From: Podospora anserina | Taxonomy: Eukaryota | Assembly: GCA_017654855.1 (NCBI GenBank) | Contig: CM030337.1 | Span: forward strand, 3,224,001 to 3,288,000 | Direction: 5' to 3' | Length of the DNA stretch: 64,000 nt | In this document: positions 11,643 through 23,681 of the stretch, one piece after another | Layout of the letters: every line of letters starts with the position of its first letter | How positions within the stretch are numbered: the stretch's first letter is position 1 | Translations under genes and position numbers: made by a program | Notes under the pieces: model-generated | Told to the model about the DNA's origin: nothing | Seen by the model: only the letters and a program-made list of their open reading frames with translations | The model's database searches: none

Positions 11643-14600
11643 ATGCCCCCGGTCACCATGAGTGAACATCGTTCCCCAAAATTCTCCGCAGCAGAAGTCA
11701 TCCAGCGTGGCCGTACGGACGGCTACTGGGTGCGTGCTTTCCAGTTCTCAGCAGAAGACGAGATGCCAGGAGTGCTTGTGTAAGTTTCTTTTCATGGAAT
11801 AACTAGGACTAAGTGTCAAGTACATGACTGATCGTGGTCTAGCTCTGGGTTGAACAGCGGAAAGGTTGAGTTCCTGGACAACCCCCTTGCTACGAAGGAC
11901 TCGGGGGGCCCCAAAGGTAAGGTGAAATCCTGAAGTTTTGGACATAACAGCTAACACAAAATCTCGTAGAGTGGAAAGCGTATCTGGTGGCCCCGGACCC
12001 GGAGCACAAGGACCCGAACTTCCCGAAGCACCAGGACCCAAAGCACCAGGATTTGAAGGATCAGAACTTCCACACTCCTGTTGCGGCTATAGGCATGGAC
12101 ATCAGGAAAAACGGTCTCCTGGATGTCGTCATTTGTCACGGGTACGGAGCTACCATGATCGACAGTTGCGATCCCGGTGGCTTTATCTACTGGTACGAAA
12201 ATCCCGGTCGAGGACGACTCACGGAAAACAAACCTTGGAAGCGACACTACATCGGACAATGGCCAGTAATGCACCGTTTACAAACCGGCCACTTTACTCA
12301 GAGGTATGAACCACTTTGTATCTGAACTTGGATCGCACGTAGATTGGCGAAAAAACCAGACTAATAGGTAGCTTAGGTCGTTCTCAGAACTGATCGCAGC
12401 GCCAGCAATCCGTGGCCCCAAGGATAAGGTACGTTTGGAATTCAGTATTCATAGCCATCATATACCACGGTGTTGAGCTGGCTGACGCTAGTTGGATGTA
12501 GACCACTCCTATACCGATACTTCGTTTTCAGGTCCCAAGTGATCCAATGACCGCGTGAGTTCCATTGGTCACGCAGCTACAGTATGGTACTAGCAGTGAG
12601 GGCTAACATGTCCCCTATAGGATGGAATGGCCGCGTGACGTGGTAGACGACCAGAACTTCACTGTGATTCACGAACTCGCGGCCAAAAGGTACGTCAGTC
12701 AATGGTTTACGACTCAGCATTCAATGTAAAGTTCTAACTGGACTGCATAAATAGGTTGGACGGCCAATCTGGCTTAGATTCCCTCCTTGTTTCTTCCAGA
12801 GAGGGCGTCACCAGACTGTATTACGAAGACGGCCGTTGGAAGAAAGAGCTTATCGGTAGGGGCGAACCGAAGAGAGAAGACCAGAAAGACGACTCCACCA
12901 CTCCCGGGTCGGGAGATCACTGGGGCACTGGTAGCGCCGACATTGGTAGAGTCGGCAGTGACCGGTATGCCTATGTCGCCACCATCGACCCCTTTCATTC
13001 CACAAAAGTCTGTGTCTACACCAAGCACGACGATCCGACTCACCGAGGGTCGAAGTGGAAGCGCCATGTTCTCGATACCTACGGAACACCGACGCAGCAG
13101 AAGCATTGGGGAGATGGTCCTGGTCACTATGTGACATGCGCTGATATAGATGGTTCGTTGCTACCATGACTGCACCTCGAATAATGTCGTTAGCACCGCT
13201 TACCAAACAATAGGTGACGGCGTCGATGAGATCCTCGTTAGCATGTTTGGGCCGCTCGATCGGAATGATGATGGGTCACTCAAGGCTGCAAGTACACCTC
13301 ACTTATCCTGTTCATGGACAAACGACACGAAATCATGCAACGACGACGATGCTAATTGGGAGCCTGACAGGATCTCCAGAACAAAAACCAGAAAGGAAAC
13401 AATCCCAACAAGGTACGGCGCCCACTCATGACACGGTATTGGCACTATGACAAGTCAACTAACACTTCGAGAGGGCATATTGTGCTATAAGCCCATCCAC
13501 CTCGAAGATGGGGTCTTCGCGAAATGGCATCCAATCGTAGAATCCTCTGGAAGATGCGATGTCGGGTAAGTGTATCTTTCTCCGCCGGCGCACATCACAC
13601 ACAGTATTACCTAACTAACATTTGCTCCAGGAACTTTTACGGTAATGGAAAGCGCGATATCGTCTCAATCAGCTATAACGTCAAAGATTACTACCAGGAA
13701 CTACATCCGGCAGTGAGACTCTACAAGAATCTAACAAGGGACGACCTGCAAACGATCTCCGTCAATTGCCAGAGGCCGACGAACTCCATCTTCGGAACGG
13801 TATGGGGGACGATTTCAGGAAAAGAGACCGAAAAAGACGTGCGGACAGACGCCGGGAAAGAGATCATGGTTTACCTTCCGGACCCCGTTAACATCAGCAA
13901 TCGCGCTCCCGCCGGCCTGATCAAACAGGACCTGATCGAAGTCGCCGACTTCAAAATCAGCGTCGAGGTCCACCCCAGCGGCCGAGAGGTGAAGGCCGAG
14001 GCAAATGAGGGCATCAAGGTCTTGTACGGGAGCCTGGCCGATGCGAAGGATCAGAAAGTGAAACGGACACCTCTCGGGACCAACCGATTCCCAGACAAGG
14101 AGTCGCTGAAACCTCCCAGACCTGAGCAACAACCCTCAAAGAAAGAACCGGCCAGCCCATCAGTTTACACTTTCACAGCAGATCAATGCTCGGGCGCCAT
14201 AATCCTCCGCCTGACGCCGACCGACACGACCGACACATTCAAAACTTACCGAAAAGCAACAGACGTCGACGACAAGGTCCAGACTCTTTTCGATCTCGGC
14301 AACTTTGGACTAGAGACCCCGAAACTGAAGTTCTCCAAGGTCGAGAAGCTCTGGTGGGGAGAGGAGTTCACCAACGTGGAATTCTACAATCTGACAGGAT
14401 TTCACTTTCGTTTCCTCGAGACCAAGCAACATGTTGCGCATATGCAGTTCTGGATTGCAGGTATGTTACCGTGTCCAACCGGCGGAAAGAGGGAACGCTG
14501 ACCAGTAATCCCAGGCCCAAAAGTAGATGCTAGGCTTCATGATCACACCGATCAAGCTTTCAGGGAACTTCACACTTGCCTGTCTCAAGGAACACCACAG

Positions 14601-14903
14601 GAACAAGTCTCTGGTACTGCTAAGCAGGGCGGGATGGTGGCTCCCAGGAAGGAATACTACAGCAAGTCCTTTGAGGACGTGAAGAAGCTTGAGGAGAAGT
14701 TGAACGAGGGGGCATTCGATTACTGCGCGCTGATGCCCCTCGAGGAGCATGGCAAGATCTGGCATACACTTGACGACGGACGAACAATTTACCGTAAGAA
14801 TGGGACGGTGTCGTACCCGGCTCATGCCTGGAGAGCTGGTGTAGGAAACGCGGGGGAGAATGTAGATGTCTGGATGGCCCTCGAATTTGATGCCCGGGTC
14901 TGA
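11643..14903 (+). CDS. Aldos-2-ulose dehydratase/isomerase (AUDH)-like protein, multi-exon
   Basis: N-terminal beta-propeller repeats (DGYWVRAF, D..KNGLLDVVICHGYG, GFIYWYENPG, WPVMHRLQTGHF, ATIDPFH, GPGHYVTCADIDGDGVDE) and C-terminal cupin (HMQFW, FHDH...ELHTCL, EHGKIW, GTVSYPAHAW). Confidence 0.85.
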
Positions 14904-16884
14904 CGCCACTCTGTCGATCAACCTGCATCTGCGCTCGAATAGCTACCTCGCTTGCAGACCCGCGGATATCACTTGGCAAACACACCATCGTGCTAGGGAG
15001 GCGGAGAGGGGGTGGGTGAGGCTTGTGGAGAGAATGTTGGCTATTGAGAAGGGGGAGAGGCCGGTTGCGGGGAGGGTTTTGAGAGGACTGAGGTGTGTGG
15101 CGATTAGGAAGGTCGCGGAGCCGATTGAGGTGCAGTTGAGAAGCTCTCCGGCCGAGGAAGAAGGGGGTGAGGGGGTGGAGGAAGGGAGTTCTAGGAGGTT
15201 GATGCGGTTGGAGTATGCTGTAGAGAGACAGGTGTTTTTGGAGTGGCTGGCGAGGATTGACGGATAGTCTGCTGCTACACTTGGGAGGCAGTTCCTGGAC
15301 TCGGACGCGGGCTTTGCGCAAGTGTACGACACAGTTTGCGCGATTCGGGAGGAGTTTCGGCTTCTCGCCAAGGCCGCTCGGGAGGACACGCCACTGTTTG
15401 CACGGTTGAGGCGTCTCAACGGGGAGCTGCTTGCCTGGCTGAGCTCTGGGGCAAGGAAGAGTGTGCGGACAACGGCCGAGCTGAAGGTCATGCCACGGGT
15501 TACAGAGATTTACAGTACGACTCCAGGTGCTGCCAAAGGAGAGCAAACCGTGACCGCAGGAACGACAGACACTGAGGGGACCAAACCTGTTGATAACGTC
15601 AAGTTGCTGTTGCTTTGCGCTGCCAACGTGGCAAAGTTGATGGCAAGATCAAGCAGTTCAGTTCGAAGGATCAACCGGGAGCATTTGACACTCGTATCGC
15701 GGAAGGTGTTGGAGGGGCTAGAGGAAGGTGTCAAAAAGGGGGGGGTGGTGCGTACGGAAGAAGACCCAGAGGGAAGCGACTTAAGTTCAAACGATGACCT
15801 CAGCGACGTTGAATCATTGGAGGAAGAGGAACCCATCGACAAAGAAGAGAAAGAGTCCCAGGAAGTGCGTAGTTTCCGCCTTGCAGAGCTGGACCAGGGA
15901 GAAGGAAGCAACGCCATCAAAATTCCCGTCATCGTCGAAGAACTCGAGATCGCCAGGGACGACTACAACAGCGCAGATATGAGCGAGCGTCTGTTTTCCA
16001 GCCTCGAATCAGTTCTCAGCCTGCCCGCCTCCCAGGCTTCACGGCTCGGTGCCCTCACTTGTGCGGGGATATGCCACGACACTGAGCAGATGCACATCAA
16101 GCTGCTTTACCGGTACCCGCAAGCCCCTGACGCAGTAGATCCCAGCCGTCCGCCCCGAGTCCGCCACCTTGCCGAGATCCTCGGAATTTTCCAGGGATCC
16201 TCGGTTAACTCCACCCTTGGTCTCTACATCAGTATTGACGAGCGACTTCGTCTCGCGCGCGACCTTGCCGCTGCAGTCTTCGAATTCCATAAGATCCAGT
16301 GGTGGCACAAGAACATCTCCTCTTACAACGTCGTCCTCTTCTTCTACGACGACACCGCCCTTCCCTCTCTCTCCTCCTCGGTCCGCAGAGCAACTGACCC
16401 CCCATTTAGCAAGCTCGTTCTGGGAAAACCATATATGATTGGGTTCTCGCACAGCCGGCCCGAGAACGCGGGATACTCGAACAAGATGCATGCCCAGCCT
16501 GCTGTCTTTCCGTACCGCCACCCTGACTACGCGGGTGCCGACGCTGTGGATGACCGGACATCCCCGGGATTCCACGCTGAATACGACTATTACAGTTTGG
16601 GTCTCGTGTTGTTGGAGATTGGCATGTGGGAACGGCTGGGACGGTTCTTTGTGCAGGATTACACCCTCTCTCGAGATAAGATGAGGAGTCAAATTGTTGA
16701 TGACTTGGTTCCTGTGTTGGAGGGAACGCTTGGGTCGTTGTATTCCTCAGCAGTGAGGGCTTGTTTGTCTGGTGAGCTGAGTGGCAACGGGGAAGATGCC
16801 GATCCTGCTTCTGTTGACGAGATGTTTGAGCGCATGGTTTTGAGGCCGCTGGAGACGTTGCTGCGGCGGTTCGATGGCGTTTGA
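14904..16884 (+). pseudogene. 5'-truncated kinase-like gene with in-frame stop; C-terminal fungal pseudokinase-like domain intact (15322-16884)
   Basis: ORFs 14866-15267 and 15322-16884 share a frame, separated by TAG 15265-15267. Upstream part has a kinase C-lobe end (LVERMLAIEKGERP.A..VL). Downstream part has RLRLARDLA, HKNISSYNV, PYMIGFSHSRP, YRHPDY and DYYSLGLVLLEIGMW. Confidence 0.7.
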
Positions 16885-16923
16885 TGGAAGTCTATGCTTC
16901 AACCTCCGAGAGGTAGACGTAAG

Positions 16924-17315
16924 CAGGGTGGGCAATAAGTCAAGTAATTACTTACTTGACGGTTAAGTTAAGTAAGTAAGTCAAGTCAAGTAAAGCCTAA
17001 TATTGGTCAAGCCAAAGCAAGTCTTTTTATTGGCTTGACTTGATGACTTGCCAAGTATCGGTGTTTTTGAAGCCCCGTAAAAAGCCGTGATACCGGGTGC
17101 CCCTGAGCCTCGGTAAGGAGTACCGGAAGTTCCGGAAGTAAAGGTCCGGCTCCACCATATGTGTTAAGATCGGACCGGAAAACCTCCTTCGGGCTTGACA
17201 AGTATTACTTACAAGTCAAGTTTAATATGGCTTCAAGTAAGTAAAAAGTAAGTATGGGCAAGTCAAGCCAAGTTTGACCCTATACTTGATTTGACTTGCC
17301 TTGTTGCCCACCCTG
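16924..17315. mobile_element. Non-autonomous hAT-type element (MITE, 392 bp)
   Basis: TIR CAGGGTGGGCAA / TTGCCCACCCTG; perfect 8-bp TSD GACGTAAG at 16916-16923 and 17316-17323; subterminal AAGTC/AAGT repeats. Confidence 0.92.
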
Positions 17316-17550
17316 GACGTAAGGAAGGAGGTGAAATGTATTTGTTTGTATGGGAATTTGTTGAGTTTGCCTAGGTACCTAGGTACTTTTCAATGGCGAA
17401 GGGACGGTGAATCCTAGACGGTCTGGCGTGCTTGGGTAATAATTAATACACCTATCTACCGGGTATCTTAGCCTCGTTACGCAAGCTTGTTGTATCTTCC
17501 CCAAACTCTAACAGTACCCTAAATAGTGAAAATGCTTCTTTGCCCCTGAC

Positions 17551-19416
17551 CTACCCCTGACCCCTTATCCTTGAACCTCTGTGTCTTTTCCCTTCCCCGT
17601 CCGAGACCGTCTTACTCACATCCCTATCCTCATCCCTCACCCCCTTCACCCTCATCCCCACCTCTTGTTCCTCCCCCCTCCGCATCAACCACTGCTGCAC
17701 ATCCATCCCCAAAACTACCTCATACCCTTCCAAAAGCCCCCCGCACACCGTAAAATCAAAACTATCCCGAAGCTCCACCATCCCAGGGATCACGAATTCC
17801 ATCGCAATAGTCCCATACACCTCTGTCCGTCCATTCTTTCCATAGGAGGTGTACAGCGTCCTACTAATCTCACTAACAGGCGGTTCCCAACCCAACTTCA
17901 TTGCTGTGTCAGCAGAGATGATGTTCACGTTGCCAGCCGGGTGGAGGTGTGCATCCTGGGGCCAGTATGCTTTGGTGTGGCTGCCAATGTGACCAGAGAT
18001 AGGCTTGTTGGCGCGGTGGCGAGAGGCGAGGATTCGGGTGTGGGGGGAATCCAGTTCGAATTGTAGCCTTGTCGGGGTGGAGCCTGAGGAGCAGGGTACG
18101 GTTTTCGGTTTCTCTTCTGCTGCTATTGTTTTGGGTTTCTCCTCTACTGATGGTGGCGTGGGATTCTCTTCCACTGCTTTTATCTTGTACTTCCCATGCA
18201 TTGTGGTTATCTTGTTCTTCTGTTCCACTGGCAGTAACGTGCTGGATTTCACGTTCATTCGAGGAGCCAGGTCATTGTTAACGCTGGAGCTGTAGTCCTT
18301 CCGCCGTCGCGTTACTGAGTCTGGCCTGGCAAAAGCGACGTATTTGAGGGGATGACATACTTCTTTACTCGCTGAGATTGGTGAAGATCTGCTGCGGGAT
18401 GGTGAAGAGTTCAGCCGAGGTGGCACTTGTCTCCAAGGGGATATCTCCCCAGGGCCGGTTGAGCTTGGAGTTGTTGGCTCCGACGAGGGTAGCATTGCTG
18501 GCTCTGAGGAAAGTAGTGTCGATGGCTGCGATGAGGGTGGCGATATCTCTCCGTATCGGTAACGATATTGATCACGAGTAGAGTGTCGCCGCCGTCGTGA
18601 CCGGCGGCGAAGATTGAGGTCCGGTTGCTTGGGAATCTTGTAGTCTCGTGGCGGAGGGGACGCGGGTACTACACCCGTTTTGATCATTGAATCTGCGAGA
18701 TATGCCAGGACCGAGTTCTGGTCAACTGTCCCGCTTTTTCGTTCAATACTGATGTGGCGTTGATATTGGAGGTCATAGAGCATATCGACAAACCGAGCCA
18801 TATCATGTTTTATTTCTTTGCTATCATCGCTCAGCTTCCTTGCTATGTAACTCCCTTGGGAGAGATGGGTAGGTGATACATACATTTCTGCCATGATGAA
18901 CGTCATCTCCCCTGTTGGAGATTTTTGTTCCTTAGACTGTCTTGTATAGAGCGACTCAAGCTTCAAGGTACTCTGGGCCAATACCAGGTCCGACTTGAGT
19001 GTTTCCATGAATGGTAAAAGAGCAGTGAAGTCCGGTTTGAGTCGATGCCATTTGTAATTGACCCACAACTGCCAACTACTTGGGAGTTCCGCGGTCCTCT
19101 CAAAAAGATCCGCCATCTTGCGTCGTATTTCTCGAGCGAGACGTTCGATGTCACGCAGTAAATTGTTTTTCCTCAAGTACTTCATCGCGGGCGTACAAGA
19201 GGACTCTTCGTCTGACCAGCGCGCCTCAAGGGAGATTTGCGCAGATTGAACAGCGGTGAAACATGTCTTCAACATGAGGCGGTAGCTTCTGATCTCCTCC
19301 ACGGCTCCCGGGGCCTCTCGGCCTATTTTAACCATCAGCTTCACAAGTTTCCAAACAGTCGAACAAGTCTTAGCCAAAGAGTTGGCGGCGACCACCAGCC
19401 CTACAACTTCGGCCAT
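17551..19416 (-). CDS. Hypothetical protein: HeLo-like/fungal N-terminal helical domain, S/P/R-rich linker, degenerate retropepsin-like C-terminus
   Basis: 621-codon ORF starting MAEVVGLVVAANSLAK; probable in-frame intron near 18820-18883. C-terminus AHLHPAGNVNIISADTAMKLGW...VYGTIAMEF...FTVC...YEVVLGMD. Confidence 0.65.
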   Translation of the reverse strand: MAEVVGLVVAANSLAKTCSTVWKLVKLMVKIGREAPGAVEEIRSYRLMLKTCFTAVQSAQISLEARWSDEESSCTPAMKYLRKNNLLRDIERLAREIRRKMADLFERTAELPSSWQLWVNYKWHRLKPDFTALLPFMETLKSDLVLAQSTLKLESLYTRQSKEQKSPTGEMTFIMAEMYVSPTHLSQGSYIARKLSDDSKEIKHDMARFVDMLYDLQYQRHISIERKSGTVDQNSVLAYLADSMIKTGVVPASPPPRDYKIPKQPDLNLRRRSRRRRHSTRDQYRYRYGEISPPSSQPSTLLSSEPAMLPSSEPTTPSSTGPGEISPWRQVPPRLNSSPSRSRSSPISASKEVCHPLKYVAFARPDSVTRRRKDYSSSVNNDLAPRMNVKSSTLLPVEQKNKITTMHGKYKIKAVEENPTPPSVEEKPKTIAAEEKPKTVPCSSGSTPTRLQFELDSPHTRILASRHRANKPISGHIGSHTKAYWPQDAHLHPAGNVNIISADTAMKLGWEPPVSEISRTLYTSYGKNGRTEVYGTIAMEFVIPGMVELRDSFDFTVCGGLLEGYEVVLGMDVQQWLMRRGEEQEVGMRVKGVRDEDRDVSKTVSDGEGKRHRGSRIRGQG

Positions 19417-19813
19417 AATGCTAGAAAAAGTAAGCAGACGCTGGGATGCGCTTCTGTGTGCTGTTTAATGCAAGAGAAGCAGTGATATGTACCATGGGTG
19501 GCTATATAGAATGCTAATATCTCAGTAGATAGGTAGCAAAAAAACCAAGCGAATTCGCCGCGATATATGTCTGGTGTGCGAACTGCGGGGTCGCATGGAC
19601 AAGGCAAACAAGGCACCCACCAAGGCAGTATTCAGAATTCTTTCCGCGCTTAGGGGGCCATTGTTTCGCAGCATAGACGCGGGATAGATGACTCGACGAA
19701 TGAAACCTCGAGGCGGTACACCCTCACCAGATAGATAGTAATGATAAAGAAAAATCTAGGTAATTTTGCTAATGAAACTCAACCTCTATTCTATGAAATA
19801 GTCAACCTCTATT

Positions 19814-20620
19814 CTATAAAGCCCTTGCAAATCTTTGCCCTTCAAACGCCTGTCCACCCTTCTTGTCTATAACCTGGCGATATCTAGAAGGCTTCACAAG
19901 CCAGAATACCAATGTTAAGTCGGTCAACATACTCCTCATCCTTGTAAAGCAACGCCTTTGCCCGTTTGACGCAGCCACGCACTCCATTCCTAGAGAACAT
20001 CGGCGTATTGTTGAATGGGTGCCAGCGGTTGGCCCCAACTGCATCATTCCACTCTCCATCTCCAGACCCTCCCTCATCCTGATCAAATACCTCCACGTAG
20101 CGACAGCCATCACCATAATACACTCTTGGCTCCTCGCTTTTAGTCTCTTTTTGGCGTTACTTCTCGGTTGGGACGCGGTTTCTTCTTTGAAGGCGGTAGT
20201 CGATGAACCATAGATGGGTTGGCCCAGCCTCCAAGTTGTCGACTGATGGGACCAGCAATAGGTCCACAAACGCGCTAATCTCCCCCCAGTGAAGTGACAT
20301 CGAGTCCCAGGCAGGATCGTACTTCACAGTAATGTGTCGTTCTTCCCTTCCCGTTACATTCTTCATTACTGGCCAGAAAGTGCACGATAGTAGCTTTAAC
20401 TGGCGGTAAGTGGGCAAATCCCAATCGAGAGACCCCTGCTGCACCGTCCATCGAAAGGGGTGAAAAGCCGAGACTCGAGGATGATAAGATTTTGGGCGGG
20501 GAAGAGGGCGATTTGGCGTTTTGTAGAGGGTTCTGGGTTAAGAGGTGAGAGCCCATCACTCGACTCGTTCCAGAACAAGATTGGGCGATCGTCTCGCTAC
20601 AGCAGTTTTCGTTCCATGAT
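19814..20620 (-). pseudogene. Fragmented hypothetical gene (conserved-looking fungal motifs spread over several frames)
   Basis: Protein-like blocks in different frames (LFPAQNLIILE, RHITVKYDPAW, LWFIDYRLQRR, YYGDGCRYVEV, IGILACE) with frameshifts and stops. Confidence 0.4.
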
Positions 20621-21231
20621 TGTCCTTGATTCTCTGTACGCTATCCACAGTCCGCTATCGGCAAAGTAGGTTAACGAGTTGTTATTTGCCCATTGTTTTG
20701 TCACTAGAGTCTAAGCATAACGCGGCTGGTAAATAGAGGGATGACCTTTATATTCTTTAGAATTATCGGAGATGCTGCTGGTGCCGTCGGAGATGGTGAA
20801 AGTGTGGGCTCCAGGTACGACTGGCCCGATAGCAAATTCCCAGATTATGTGCCGGAGTTTATAGGGTAGCTAAGGGAAACGAGGAAATTTTTCAGTTATT
20901 ATTGTAAGGTAAGGTAGACTGAATAATATTAGTGCTCTAAGATTGGGTATATAAAAAAAAAAAAAATTTAAAAAAAAAGAAATGTAAGTAAAGGACAGAT
21001 GTCTATTTATAGCACCCATATAAAACTTTGTGCTTTAGACCCACTTGCCCCTGGCGAGGATTCGTGGCTCAAATGGGCTCGAAGCTTGTTTCCACAACGG
21101 CTCGTCCGCCAAGATTGATGGCCACTCAACAAAGTAAATGAGAGCAAAAAGAGCGTGTCGAAAACTCTGAATCAGCCACAACCTCCCTTACTTTAACGAC
21201 AATAATGCCACAACTATAGATATCCCAAATC

Positions 21232-22816
21232 CTAAAACTTATACTCCCAAACAACATCCTCCCACCCCTCCCTCCTCTTAACCTTCGCCCCAAAACCCAC
21301 CCCATAATCCTTCGGCTTAGTAGTAGTATTAATAATACTCGCTATCCCCCTCTCCGGCCCCCTCCACTCCCCCCTCCTATCTAAACTCCCTACCTTAAAC
21401 CCAATAAGCAAAATCGTTATCATAGCTATTATCTCCGCCAAAGCAAAGTGCCTACCCGGGCAGAGATATAACCCGCCCCTAAACGGCTAGTGAGCCACTT
21501 TAATCGTTCTCTCCTCCTCCTTAGTTAAACCCAGGAACCGATTAAGCTTAAACTCTAGATAACTCTCCCCCAATAGTCCTCCAGAAAGTAAAACGCCCCG
21601 ATAGACATTTAGATTACGGTTCCCTTTTAGAGGAAATAAGTCTGTCCTATCTTTAGGAAGGTAATAGTCGTGTCTTATATTACTATCCGGATAGTGATTT
21701 AGTGGACGATAAAATAAAGGGTTTCCCTATAGTAGCTCTAAAGGAGTAGTGTCTTTTATTTTAGTATAGGTAAAGAAATAACTAGTTTTACTTTAGTACT
21801 AAACCTGGTTAGTAAATTTTCTTCGATCTCTTTCCTCAGTTAGGCGGCGACGGCCGGGCGGGTAAAGACGTAACTAAAGAACTAAAAGAGGTCGGGACTA
21901 TATTAGTCATTACCGCTAGGGGGAGTAGGACTTTAATCTTAGCGATATCCTCCACCGGAAGCCCCGCGTTTCGCATCTCGCGTACACGAAGACGGATAAA
22001 ATCAGAGGCAGAAAAGTCTTATTCTGCCTAAGAGGAGTAGTAAGGAGTCAGGGCTTAGACTAGCTTATTACGGCCGAGATAGGCTTTTTTCGCGATAAAT
22101 AAGGGCAGGATATCTATCATTAGTGCCATAATAGACTCGTTATACTCCTAAAACGATTATACTAAGCTCGGGTCTTTCGAGAAAGTGTCTTAATATTTGC
22201 CGTACAAAGGGGGCGTTATTACTTTGGCGATAATCTTTTTAATCTAAAGCCAGATACTTAGAATTATTTACTATTGGTTAGATCTTAATAAGGATATTAA
22301 TTATTAAGATACTTCGTTCAAGGTAGCGTCGATAAACTTTTACTACAGCTCTCCTAAAAAGCTAGTCGGGATAGTATATAGTATAATACGGTCTTTAAGC
22401 TCATCCCGCTCTTCTCGCCTCATGAGGTCGGCAGTGCTTTTGGTAACTTGCATTAGCGGCGCAACGGCCTCTCTGACCTGGGGTTTCGTGGAGAGGTGCT
22501 TGTTCTTAAGACCGGCCGAGATCAAAGAGGGGTCGAAGATTGCGTATAGCTTTCCATTAAGCATGGGCAATGTTACGATCGGCTGCTTGGATTTACAATG
22601 TAGAATTCGGTGGTAGTCTGCTTGGTGTCGGATTAAGCCGATAATGTATCCAATGAATGGGATGGTGGGCTTCAGAAGAGGAGGCTCGCGTGGGTCTGCC
22701 CTCTTTGGTGTCGCAAGCGTGTTGATGACGATGGCGAGGATAACTGCAGCTACCGCCGCCGCGGCGAGGGGGAAGCTAGTTGGTAACCAGTCAAGGCCTT
22801 CTCGAAGCGCCATCAT
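21232..22816 (-). pseudogene. Cytochrome P450 pseudogene, RIP-inactivated
   Basis: N-terminal TM anchor plus EPPLLKPTIPFIG. Haem motif near 21440-21490 reads PFRGGLYLCPGRHFA (from PFGGGxHLCPGRHFA). Many stops and TpA excess between ~21200 and 22400. Confidence 0.85.
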
Positions 22817-23681
22817 CGTTGACTGAGTTCGGGGATAACCAAGGCGAGAACTTCGAAGGCTTGAGAGTTTGGTCGGGACAGTGGTTTGTTAATCGTAGCA
22901 TCCCCGGGAAGCTGTTGGTTCAGGTTGACATTTTCCCCCGCCAAGCACCAACAGCAGTCCGATGAAGACGATATGATTGGACCATGACGCTCCCTCCGAT
23001 CCAAGCGAGATTTTGATGCTTGCCAGAATAAAGTTGGGAGTTTAGGGCTGACTTTAACGCTTGAACTTACATATTACCAATGGATATTTTCCCGCATCAA
23101 CACTCACCTCAGGGCACTGTCGGTGAAGCCAAGGTGAGCGGGAAGGGCGATGATGCCCCTGGATGACAAAAACACGTGCCACGACCACGCATTCGATCTG
23201 CCCCTCTTCCTCCCCCACCCAACCCGGTTCTCGGATTGGAAGGTGGTGTAGCTCTCCCCTGGCAGGGCTCCATAAGAGGTAACAATTGCAACGTTTGGTG
23301 ATCGGCGTGGGCAGCAATGAATTCGCTGCCGGCCTGCACGTGGGTGCAACAACTGGGAGGTGTTAATGGCATCACGGACTAGAATGAAGCCCGGAGACGA
23401 TCACTCCTAAGTTTGTCGACATTTCACCATCCAGTCGACGCAGGACGGGTTACATGTGCTCGTGCATATACGGTACATAGAATTACCCGGCCAATGAACT
23501 AGACTTCTGAGAGTGCGTGTTCCTGACAATGACGTACGAGCCCGCGATAGCTACCAGTCTTCTAGAAAACCTATAGCTGCTTAAAAGAGACTTAGCCTGC
23601 CCGCTGTAAAAACGAGATGGAGTTTGGCATTACTCTTTCCAAGACGAGAAAACTAGAGGTCAATCGGTCATCGTGTTCATC

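Noticed and set aside
19778-19817. 16-bp direct repeat TCAACCTCTATTCTAT
   Set aside because: Small local slippage duplication with no further structure.
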